DNA of 64,000 nt, from positions 4,160,001 to 4,224,000 of the forward strand of contig OZ271854.1 of the NCBI GenBank assembly GCA_965601925.1, given 5' to 3'. A program made the translations under genes and the position numbers. The notes under the pieces are model-generated. The model saw nothing but the letters and a program-made list of their open reading frames with translations, was not told the DNA's origin and made no database searches. Shown in pieces: positions 1-8,587 of this stretch (position 1 is its first letter; every line of letters begins with the position of its first letter). The DNA is from Alkalispirochaeta sp. (GTDB lineage: Bacteria; Spirochaetota; Spirochaetia; DSM-27196; Alkalispirochaetaceae).

Positions 1-1678
1 TCAACGCCGCCCCGTAGGTGTCCAGCTCGCCGAACATCCCGTACAGACTCGCCTGGGCGCCGTCGCGCATCGCCTCGAAGTCCGCCAACACTCCGCCGGT
101 CCCGTCCGCGCCGTGCCAATAGACCAGCTCCTCGTTTACCTCCGCCAACGGCGCGTGCGTCGCCGCATACCGCCCGTTGATGAGGTCTAAATCCATGAGA
201 ATCTTCGCTGTCGGCGCCTGATGGTCGTAGGCCGCTACACCAAAACGGTTCTGTAACCACGCTACCCACTCGGCCTCGTGGTCACGAACGTAATTGCCTA
301 TGTTAGTGAACGGATGTCCGAGACTTTGAGCTGTAAATGTTCTCTTCAGATCAAAATCACCATCGTGGTTGCTCAAAAACGTGTTGTATCGCGCATTCGC
401 AAGCTCGGTCTGTTTCGCTTTGCGCTGCGAGAGATAGGTTGTTTGATCATCGAGGAGAGCGGTACGCATCTCCTCCAAGGCGGCGATATTGCGCTTCGCC
501 ATCGCCACCACGTCGGCCGCTTGGCGATACACCGCCAGATACGCCTCGCTCTCCGATCGGATCTTCGCCTGTTCTTCCGCCGCCGCACGGGCAAGCTCCG
601 CCATCGTCTCGTCAAACGAGTCCCGAAACGCCGTCGTCGTCTCCTCCCACGCCGCCGCACCTACCGCCAGCACGTCCTGCATCTCTCCGATCCACGCGCT
701 CCGCGACGCCTCGAACGATCGCAACGCCTCGTCCCACGCCGCCTCCGCCTCGCGATACTGCTCCTGCGCCTCCGACTCCCACGCCATCCGTTCGGCGATA
801 AATCGCTCTTCCGCACCGTTCCACGCGCTCAATCCCCGCGCAAACTCCGCCTCAAAGCTCTCCTGCCACGCCTCCGCCTCTATCCGCGCCTCGCCCACAT
901 CCGCGTCACCCTCCGGTACCAACGCCGCCAGATGCGCGCTCACCTCGTCCAACCTCACCTGCGTGTCGCGAATCAACCGCCCCGCCGTCGACCGCGCCGT
1001 CTCCTCCTCCGCCTGCCGCCGCATGCTGTAGCTGTCCTGTAACCGCCCCTGCGCCAACCGCCGGCTCGATCGTATCACCTGCGACCGAAACTCCCGCTCG
1101 ATATGCGCCTTGTACTCGCCCACCGATACCGCCAGCTCGCTCGCCACCGTCTCCCGCACCGCGCCCTCAAACGTTCCCAACACCTCCGTCGCCGTCGCCT
1201 CCGCGCTCGCTTCCCACGCCGTGTACAACGCCGCAAACGCACCCTCGACCTCCGCCTCCCACGCCGCCGCGGCCGCCTCGTATCCCTCCGCACCCTGCAG
1301 GATCACATCCCCCGCCTCGTCGAAGGTGTACTCGCCCCCGCCGTCGGTCTCGTACAGATATCGCCGATTCGCCGCATCGATCGCGCGCCGCAGCCCCGCC
1401 GCGTCAAACCGCGCCACCGACCGCTCCCATTCCGCCTCGACCACCCGGCCCAGACTCGCCGCCCACCGGTCGCCCAGGGCCGCCGTCTCCCACTCGTCCA
1501 GCCCCCCCAGGCCGATCCCCGTCACCGCCTCCCATTCCGCGATGCTCCCGCTGCGACTCGCCCGCTCGTACACACCCTCGCCGACGACGTGATCGCCCGT
1601 CTCAACGTCGTCCGGCATCTGCCCGACGACCGTTCCCGTGCATGCCGCGATCAGTACTGCGATTCCTATTCGTCTCAT
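1..1678 (-). CDS. N-terminal part (>=559 codons) of a large secreted alpha-helical hypothetical protein, truncated by the window edge
   Basis: Manual translation from ATG 1678 (AGAGGA RBS upstream) is open to base 1. It starts MRRIGIAVLIAACTGTVVGQMPDD (signal-peptide-like), followed by A/E/R/W-rich helical sequence. The + strand ORFs here are its antisense shadows. Confidence 0.88.
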   Translation of the reverse strand, partial: MRRIGIAVLIAACTGTVVGQMPDDVETGDHVVGEGVYERASRSGSIAEWEAVTGIGLGGLDEWETAALGDRWAASLGRVVEAEWERSVARFDAAGLRRAIDAANRRYLYETDGGGEYTFDEAGDVILQGAEGYEAAAAAWEAEVEGAFAALYTAWEASAEATATEVLGTFEGAVRETVASELAVSVGEYKAHIEREFRSQVIRSSRRLAQGRLQDSYSMRRQAEEETARSTAGRLIRDTQVRLDEVSAHLAALVPEGDADVGEARIEAEAWQESFEAEFARGLSAWNGAEERFIAERMAWESEAQEQYREAEAAWDEALRSFEASRSAWIGEMQDVLAVGAAAWEETTTAFRDSFDETMAELARAAAEEQAKIRSESEAYLAVYRQAADVVAMAKRNIAALEEMRTALLDDQTTYLSQRKAKQTELANARYNTFLSNHDGDFDLKRTFTAQSLGHPFTNIGNYVRDHEAEWVAWLQNRFGVAAYDHQAPTAKILMDLDLINGRYAATHAPLAEVNEELVYWHGADGTGGVLADFEAMRDGAQASLYGMFGELDTYGAAL

Positions 1679-2216
1679 CTTCGTCCTCTCTCTATCGCTC
1701 GTCGTCGTCTCGGTCGACCGGCCGCCTCGGATGCGTCCGTCGCACTACGACCGAACGCACCCTCCGCCCACGCCGCACCGGCGTCGCGCGGAGCATGCGC
1801 CCGTCGAAATCCTGGGATCACTCGAGATGGTCCTATCGCCTCCACACACACCACACGCTTACCGAGCCCGTGCCGCGCCGTATACGGAGATTTCACTGTG
1901 TTTGACTTGCTTTCACTATATCACATCGCGCGTCTGAATAAAAGGAATACCAACACAATATTTGGTAATCTTTCCTTATTTATCCAATGCTAACGCGTAG
2001 AGTATGATTTATCGTGTATTACTTTAAAATAGTTATTGTTACGGGCTATATCGGGCATGAAAAAGGTGTGACGACACACTCTAATCGCCGTGATAGCAAG
2101 CGATGGATCGATCGATGACCGCACATTTGCTCGCAGCTCCCGTCGGGCGCTATCTACCGCCCGACGCCGAACTCCGGACGGGCGCGTCGGAGTGCACGCC
2201 GGCTCTTCTGATGCTT

Positions 2217-2747
2217 CTACGCACGATTCCGCTCGAAGTCTTTGTACAGCAAACTGTGCTGAATCCCCGTATTGTTTTGATACTTTCCGCCGTTGTACGT
2301 GTCGTATTCACCCTCGATGGTGTGATAGAAGATCTGGCATATCTCTACGCCGGCGTATATCCGGATCGGCTGAACGCAGAACATTTCAAGCGTCCAGTAT
2401 CCGCGAAAACCTACATCGCCGAATCCGGCGGTGATATGGACGAAGAGTCCCAACCTCCCTATCGAGGAGCGACCTTCGAGCATGGGAACGAATCGATCGG
2501 TTGCGGTGTACTCCACCGTGCGCCCCAGGTAGAGACGGTGCGGATCGAGGAGGAGCCCCTCCTCCGGAATGACAAGCTCTTCGGAGAGGTTCTCGACGCG
2601 CATGTCGAGCTCGTGACCGCGATACACCCGCAGACGGTCGTGGAGGCGCAGGTTATAGCTGTTGGGGTTAAGCTGGGCGGATGAAAACGGCTCGATAACG
2701 ATCCCATCGCCTATGTGCGCATTGATCTCGCGGCCGGACAATATCAT
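2217..2747 (-). CDS. dcd: dCTP deaminase
   Basis: QLNPNSYNLRL, EGRSSIGRLG, TAGFGDVGFRGYWTLE motifs; GAGGAG RBS. Confidence 0.93.
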   Translation of the reverse strand: MILSGREINAHIGDGIVIEPFSSAQLNPNSYNLRLHDRLRVYRGHELDMRVENLSEELVIPEEGLLLDPHRLYLGRTVEYTATDRFVPMLEGRSSIGRLGLFVHITAGFGDVGFRGYWTLEMFCVQPIRIYAGVEICQIFYHTIEGEYDTYNGGKYQNNTGIQHSLLYKDFERNRA

Positions 2748-2802
2748 GGAGTACTCCTCGGTTGGGCACGTCGTTCGTCACGCTCGAGAGCCCGAACGTG
2801 AC

Positions 2803-2830
2803 AAAAAAACCCGCAGCATACGCTGCGGGT
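2803..2830 (-). terminator. Intrinsic terminator of the small gene 2856-3026
   Basis: Minus strand ACCCGCAGC-GTAT-GCTGCGGGT followed by a T run. Confidence 0.85.
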
Positions 2831-2855
2831 GGGCATTGGTATATCAATGCGTCGA

Positions 2856-3026
2856 TTACATGAGGTCCTTGGGTCGTCGCCCCTGGTTGCCGGTCTTATC
2901 GCAGACTGCATAGTGGCGTAGTTTCCCGTTCTCAAAGACGCTCTTCATCACAATCTTACCGCCCCAGCGGCTGGTAAGCTCCTGTGCGCCTTCGCGGCGC
3001 GCGTTCTTGGATATCTTTCCTGCCAT
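2856..3026 (-). CDS. Small basic hypothetical protein (56 aa)
   Basis: MAGKISKNARR...GRRPKDLM; strong GGGAGG RBS and its own terminator. Confidence 0.8.
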   Translation of the reverse strand: MAGKISKNARREGAQELTSRWGGKIVMKSVFENGKLRHYAVCDKTGNQGRRPKDLM

Positions 3027-3140
3027 ATATGCGTCCCTCCCTCTTTTTAAGGATGTGCCGATCTCAACGCGTTCTGGCCGCGGAAATCCGCCAAGGGGAA
3101 CTATCGCAAAATAACGAGGGAAAGGCAAGCGGCATCCTTC

Positions 3141-3809
3141 TCACGACCCGGTCGACCACTGCGCGATCTCTCGCGCTCCCCGGGGAGAGAGGGCGTATAC
3201 TCCGCGCGACACCCGGTCGAACCATCCGTACACGTCTCTATACAGAATATCGCGCGTCGTCGGTTCCTGAAGAACGCGCGCGATCTCCGACGCTTTGGTC
3301 GGGCCGCGGTCCCGCAAAAACTGAGCGATGGCGATGGCCCGCTGGCGGTAGGCGGTCATAATGCCGCGACGGCGCTCGGCCCCACCCCGATTCGGGTCGC
3401 CGACGCGCTGAAGAAACTCGCCCAGGAGCCGTTCGCTGCGTCGCTTCGACACCCGCGGTTTGTACTCTCCCGGGTCGAGAAGTACCTCCACGCTCCCGAT
3501 CGTGCGCCCCGGGTCGATCTTGATCAGCCCCAGTCCGAGCATCCTCAATAGCTTTACGGCGCGTCGCCTGCGCCGGCGCAAACTTTTGCAGCTCGCCGGT
3601 ACTCCGATATACACGCTCGGTGTCATCGCCAACCTGTCGACACATTGCAAAATCACGTCCAGGTTAAAGGAGAGCTTGAGTTCCACGACAACGGGCGGCT
3701 CCGCGCCGCGCACCGCCACTACGTCGCACGGCCCGACCTCACCCTTCACCTCGTAGTGTTGAGATTCCAAAAACGTTTTCAGAGGGGGGTAGAGATCGGC
3801 TTCTTTCAT
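3141..3809 (-). CDS. DUF2161 family putative PD-(D/E)XK phosphodiesterase
   Basis: MKEADLYPPLK...EVKGEV..CDVVA...VVVELK and MTAYRQRA pattern, C-terminal HTH-like segment. Confidence 0.8.
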   Translation of the reverse strand: MKEADLYPPLKTFLESQHYEVKGEVGPCDVVAVRGAEPPVVVELKLSFNLDVILQCVDRLAMTPSVYIGVPASCKSLRRRRRRAVKLLRMLGLGLIKIDPGRTIGSVEVLLDPGEYKPRVSKRRSERLLGEFLQRVGDPNRGGAERRRGIMTAYRQRAIAIAQFLRDRGPTKASEIARVLQEPTTRDILYRDVYGWFDRVSRGVYALSPRGAREIAQWSTGS

Positions 3810-3929
3810 GAGCGTTCCGTTCGCCTGTAGGATATACCGTGTGACGTTCCGCAACGCAAGATCGTCGACGTCACCGCGTCCGAACCTTCATTGTCCGTCG
3901 AGGCGAATCGGTACGGCACGGAGCGATCT

Positions 3930-4880
3930 TCAGCTCGTCGATCCGTGCCATTCGTCGGAGAGCTGGGGAAGCAGAGCGACGATCTCGCGGCGCCTCAACT
4001 CGTGCTGCGAAGGAATTTGCAGCGTCTTGCCGAGCTCATCGCGAGACTCGTCGACGAGAAAACCGGGGCCGTCGGTTGCGATCTCAAAGAGAATGTGCGC
4101 CGGCTCCCGAAAATAGACGGACCTAAAATAGGTGCGATCGACCACCGGAGTCGGTTCGGCCCCCGTTTCGAGGATTCGAGACCGAATCTCCTCGGGGGAA
4201 TCGGGTGTACGAAACGCTACGTGGTGGACCGTTCCGGCTCCCGGTTTGCCTTTCGGCCACGCCGGCATCGAGGCGATATCGAGGTATGCGCCGTAGTCGA
4301 CATGGTTCGAACGATAGCGTGTGCGCCTACCCTCCGTTGCAACGGCTGTGTAATCAAGCACGTGCTCGAGCAGCTTCCCCGACTCACCAGCCTCCCTCAC
4401 GCTTACTTCGACGCCGAACAGACCGCGGACCGCCACGTCTGCCGGTACGTCGCCTCGTCCTCCGACCCACGGCTCGATGTGCGCATGCTCGTCGGTCATC
4501 ACCAACTCGAGCTGCAGTCCGTCCTCGTCGTAGAAGCGGAGCGTCGATCGACCGAACTGCTTCGCGATGGTTTCGGTCCGCACGTTCAGGCGACGAAACC
4601 GCTCGACCCAGAAGCCGAGACTCCCCATCGGTACGGCGAGTTGAATCTTTGTCGCCTGGGACGTGCCGCGCATACCGGTACCGGTGCCGGTAATCGGAAA
4701 AAACGTCAGAAGCGTTCCCGGCGCTCCGAGGTCGTCCCCGAAATAGAGATGATACATAGTGGGAGTGTCGAAGTTGACGGTTCGTTTTACGAGCCGCAAC
4801 CCCAACGTGTGCACGTAGAACTGGAGTGTTCGCTCGGGATCGCTCGCAATGGCGGTGATGTGATGCAGTCCGGTAATCAT
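3930..4880 (-). CDS. Ring-cleaving dioxygenase / VOC (glyoxalase) family, MhqO-like
   Basis: GLHHITAI, KRTVNFD, YHLYFGD, GTVHHVAF, DRTYFRSVYFREP, FEIATDGPGF. Confidence 0.9.
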   Translation of the reverse strand: MITGLHHITAIASDPERTLQFYVHTLGLRLVKRTVNFDTPTMYHLYFGDDLGAPGTLLTFFPITGTGTGMRGTSQATKIQLAVPMGSLGFWVERFRRLNVRTETIAKQFGRSTLRFYDEDGLQLELVMTDEHAHIEPWVGGRGDVPADVAVRGLFGVEVSVREAGESGKLLEHVLDYTAVATEGRRTRYRSNHVDYGAYLDIASMPAWPKGKPGAGTVHHVAFRTPDSPEEIRSRILETGAEPTPVVDRTYFRSVYFREPAHILFEIATDGPGFLVDESRDELGKTLQIPSQHELRRREIVALLPQLSDEWHGSTS

Positions 4881-5044
4881 ACGCTCAATGTCGGGTTCCA
4901 ACGCCGATAGCGTCAATTCCCGATGCGCCCGTAGGCCGATACGGTCGCGCGTCGCTACCGTCGACGACGACGATGCGAACGATGTATAACGTGGGATCAT
5001 CGACAACCCTCAACGGCGTCGAAAAGAGATCGCGAGGAGTATAC

Positions 5045-5242
5045 ATGGCCGTCCCTACGAGAAAAGAGCTATCCAACGGCGTGAGAGTGCGTATCGTCCT
5101 TAAGGAAGACCAGCGCACCGGAAACCTCACCGAAGGCACGGTGAAAGACATTCTGACCAAGTCGTCTACGCATCCGCACGGCATTAAGGTTCGCTTACAC
5201 GACGGGCAGGTTGGACGGGTACAGGAGATCGTGACACCGTAA
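5045..5242 (+). CDS. YwbE (DUF2196) family protein
   Basis: IVLKEDQRTG.LTEG.VKDILT.S.THPHGIKVRL..GQVGRV; GAGGAG RBS. Confidence 0.88.
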   Translation: MAVPTRKELSNGVRVRIVLKEDQRTGNLTEGTVKDILTKSSTHPHGIKVRLHDGQVGRVQEIVTP

Positions 5243-5334
5243 TCAAAGATCGTATATCTCAAAAAATATACAACTAACGGCGTTGCGTTGGTGTTTTCAA
5301 TATCGGTCAACTACACTGATAGCGGAAATACGAC

Positions 5335-6771
5335 GTGGAATCCGACGGCAGTGACGATCTCTATCGAACGCTCTTCGTAAACGGAACGACAATCAGCCTT
5401 CTCATCGACCCCGAGACCGGCGTTATCATAGACGCCAACACGCGGGCCTGCGCGTACTACGAGTACAGTTACGAAGAGATCACGTCCAAGACGATTCACG
5501 ACATTAACACACTCACCCAGGAGGGCGTTCGTCGTGAGATGGACGCCGCCGCGCGAGAGTTACGGAATCATTTCGTCTTCCCTCACAAAAAGAAGAGTGG
5601 CGAGGTGCGCCACGTTGAGGTGTACAGTTCGCCGGTTACGATCGACGGTCGCACCAGGCTCCACTCGATCATCTTCGACATTGAAGAGAAAGTTCGCATC
5701 GAGAAGGCGCTTGAGCAGGAGCGCCGCCAGATGCTTTCCATCCTCGAAAACATTCCGATAAGCATCTACGTCGCCGACGTCGATACGTACGAGGTACTGT
5801 ATGCAAACAGCGCCATGCAGCGGTTGTACGGCACGACCATCGTCGGAAACGCGTGCTTTCGGGCGATCCACGGAAGAGACGCGCCGTGTCCGTTCTGTAC
5901 CAACCCGATGCTGATCGCCGACGGTGAACCATACCACTGGGAGTATCGCAGCCCCGTTTTGGAACGCGACTTCTCGGTGGTCGACAGGCTTATCGATTGG
6001 CCCGACGGCCGAACCGTACGATTCGAGGCGGCGGTGGACATCACCGAGAGAAAACGCACCGAAGAGGAGCTGCGCCGCCTGAACGCGACCAAAGACAAGC
6101 TCTTTTCTATTATCGCCCACGACCTGAAGAATCCGTTCCTCAATATCGTCAGCCTGTTGCAGGTATTGGAGGGCGATATAGGCTATCTAAGCATCGACCA
6201 ACTCGCCGACGCGCTCGGTGTGCTCCGCTCGTCGACGCAGAGCGCCTACGCCCTCACTGAAAATCTCCTCGACTGGTCGCGTCACCAACTCGGCTATATC
6301 GAGTTCAAGCCGACGCCCATTCGTCTCAACGAACTCGTATCGACGGTGTTCGATCTGTTCGAGAAACCGTCCGCCCGGAAATCGATCGCACTGAAAAACG
6401 ACATCGCGGACGAGACGTTCGCCTACGGCGACCCCGATATGGTGGCGACGATCCTCAGGAATCTCATATCGAATGCGATCAAGTTCACCGAAGACGGCGG
6501 GACGATCACGACGCGTTTGACGACTCGCTCCGCCATGCACCGTATCGAGGTGCACGACACGGGGATCGGCATGACGCACGATACCGCCGCCTCGCTTTTC
6601 GACCCATCGAGTCACGTGCGCACGCGGGGTACGCGCAACGAACGCGGCTCGGGTTTGGGACTTCTGATTTGCTCGGAGTTTATCGAGCGACACGGCGGAT
6701 CGATCGATGTGAAAAGCAGCCTCGGCTCGGGGTCGGTCTTCGGTTTCACACTTCCGATATACTCGACGTGA
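5335..6771 (+). CDS. Cytoplasmic PAS-PAS sensor histidine kinase
   Basis: Two PAS/PAC units, H-box IAHDLKNP, N-box NLISNAIKFT, DTGIG and GSGLGL; no TM segment seen. Confidence 0.92.
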   Translation: MESDGSDDLYRTLFVNGTTISLLIDPETGVIIDANTRACAYYEYSYEEITSKTIHDINTLTQEGVRREMDAAARELRNHFVFPHKKKSGEVRHVEVYSSPVTIDGRTRLHSIIFDIEEKVRIEKALEQERRQMLSILENIPISIYVADVDTYEVLYANSAMQRLYGTTIVGNACFRAIHGRDAPCPFCTNPMLIADGEPYHWEYRSPVLERDFSVVDRLIDWPDGRTVRFEAAVDITERKRTEEELRRLNATKDKLFSIIAHDLKNPFLNIVSLLQVLEGDIGYLSIDQLADALGVLRSSTQSAYALTENLLDWSRHQLGYIEFKPTPIRLNELVSTVFDLFEKPSARKSIALKNDIADETFAYGDPDMVATILRNLISNAIKFTEDGGTITTRLTTRSAMHRIEVHDTGIGMTHDTAASLFDPSSHVRTRGTRNERGSGLGLLICSEFIERHGGSIDVKSSLGSGSVFGFTLPIYST

Positions 6772-6974
6772 TGCATACCGGTAACAAACGCGAGTCTACG
6801 CCCCGAACAGGCATATCGAGACTTGACCGTATGGCGATGGTGTCGTAGGGTAGATGCAACCGAACGTCTCAAGTCGCAGTTTTTTGTTGCTCCTTCTTCG
6901 GCAGGTACCACGATAGACATAGCAGCTCGGAGCGCGGTTCATTTTTACGTCCTACACAAGAGGGAGTATTTGTA

Positions 6975-7253
6975 ATGGGTAGTAAGTTGTACGTCGGAAA
7001 TCTCAGTTTCCAGACCCAGGAGGTCGACCTTCGTGATCACTTCAGCCAGTACGGCGAGGTGGTATCGGCGAATATCATCACCGATCGCGACACCGGCCGG
7101 TCCCGCGGCTTTGCTTTTGTCGAGATGAGCACCGAAGAAGAGGCGCAGAACGCAGCTTCGGCGCTGAACGGTCAGGATCTTGACGGCCGCCAGCTGAAGG
7201 TGAACGAGGCCAAGCCGCGCACCGATGATCGTCGCGGCGGCGGACGCTGGTAA
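6975..7253 (+). CDS. RRM-domain RNA-binding protein
   Basis: RNP2 LYVGNL, RNP1 RGFAFVEM, Gly-rich tail; AGGGAG RBS. Confidence 0.95.
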   Translation: MGSKLYVGNLSFQTQEVDLRDHFSQYGEVVSANIITDRDTGRSRGFAFVEMSTEEEAQNAASALNGQDLDGRQLKVNEAKPRTDDRRGGGRW

Positions 7254-7480
7254 TTTGATTCCGGCGCGGCGACTCGACGAGTCGTCGCGTCCCGTGTACC
7301 CTTGAAGCGGCTCGACTCCACCTCCCGTCGTTGCCGTACTGTCCTCTGAAACGCACAACGCCGGCGAAATAACGCTCGGTTGCTACGGATACCTCTGCGG
7401 CCGTTCCCGACGGCACGACGTGCGACGATTGCGCACGGTCCCGCCGGGACGGCGTGTCCGTCCGATCGTGCGCGTTGTCG

Positions 7481-8587
7481 TCAATCGTCGTCGAGAAAGA
7501 CCATATCTTCGGGACGTGCAATGACGCGCCGTTCGTTATCCCGGCCGAGGATGTCCGAGAGCTCCGAGGAATGGCGCCCTAGCACAGCGCTCAACTCTCT
7601 GCTGCTGAACGAAGAGACGAGTTTGGCGCTATCGTTCACCATGACGACCTCGCCGGCCTCGAAGTTACCCTCTACGGCTATGAGCCCTGTGGGCAGCAGA
7701 CTCTTGTGGTTACGAATTGCGGCGAGCGCGCCGTTGTCGACGCGAATGGTACCGCGCGGCGCGCTGTGGAGTAGCCAGCGCTCGCGATTCTTGAGCGTGC
7801 GTCGTGCCGCAAACAGGGTGCCGACGGACTCATTGCGAATGATGCGCGGCAGCACATCTCGTTCCCGGCCGTGGGCCAACACGACGCGGCATCCGCCGGC
7901 CGAGGCGATCCGTACCGCTTTGAGTTTGGTCGCCATTCCTCCGGTACCGAGGGCCGATCCGGGACGTCCGGCCGCGTCGATCATCTCTTGCGTCACGGCC
8001 TCGACCCTCTCGTGTCGCCGGGCGCCCTGCGCGCGGCGCGGATCTCTGTCGTAGTAGCCGTCCACATCACTTAAAAGGACGAGAAGCGTGGCGTCGACTT
8101 TGCTTGCCACCAGCGCACTGAGCTGGTCGTTGTCCCCGAAGGCCGTCCCTATTTCGGCCGTTGCGACGCTGTCGTTCTCATTGAATATCGGTACGACACC
8201 GAGCTCGAGGAGGCGCTCTACGGCGTTACGCAACTTGACGTAGCTTGAGCGGCCGTCGAGCGCTTCCCGGGTAATGAGCACCTGCGCCGAGCGAATGCCG
8301 AGGGCCGAAAAGGCGTCGCGATAGACGTGCATGAGTATCGGCTGGCCGACGGCGGCGCACGCTTGGCGCAGCACGACATCCTGCACTCGGCCGCGAATAT
8401 CGAGCTCCCGGGCTCCCAACCCGATCGCACCGGAGCTGACGATGCACACCTCCCACTCCTCGGCACGGAGTTCGGACACTTGTCGAGTGATGTCTCCGAT
8501 ATATCGACGATCGAGATCCTCACCGCTCGTTAGCACGTTGGTACCCAGCTTCACCACGACCCGCCGAGTCGCCTCTCCTCGTCCCAT
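7481..8587 (-). CDS. proB: Glutamate 5-kinase
   Basis: VVKLGT, VSSGAI, AAVGQ, NENDSV, FGDNDQLSA, GTGGMATK, C-terminal PUA. Confidence 0.95.
   Translation of the reverse strand: MGRGEATRRVVVKLGTNVLTSGEDLDRRYIGDITRQVSELRAEEWEVCIVSSGAIGLGARELDIRGRVQDVVLRQACAAVGQPILMHVYRDAFSALGIRSAQVLITREALDGRSSYVKLRNAVERLLELGVVPIFNENDSVATAEIGTAFGDNDQLSALVASKVDATLLVLLSDVDGYYDRDPRRAQGARRHERVEAVTQEMIDAAGRPGSALGTGGMATKLKAVRIASAGGCRVVLAHGRERDVLPRIIRNESVGTLFAARRTLKNRERWLLHSAPRGTIRVDNGALAAIRNHKSLLPTGLIAVEGNFEAGEVVMVNDSAKLVSSFSSRELSAVLGRHSSELSDILGRDNERRVIARPEDMVFLDDD

Noticed and set aside
180..470. DGR variable region in the large gene
   Set aside because: No template repeat or reverse transcriptase in the window, and the segment is internal rather than C-terminal.
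278..1993. Several long + strand ORFs (254, 180, 296, 160 aa)
   Set aside because: R/P/S-rich antisense shadows of the minus-strand gene 1-1678.
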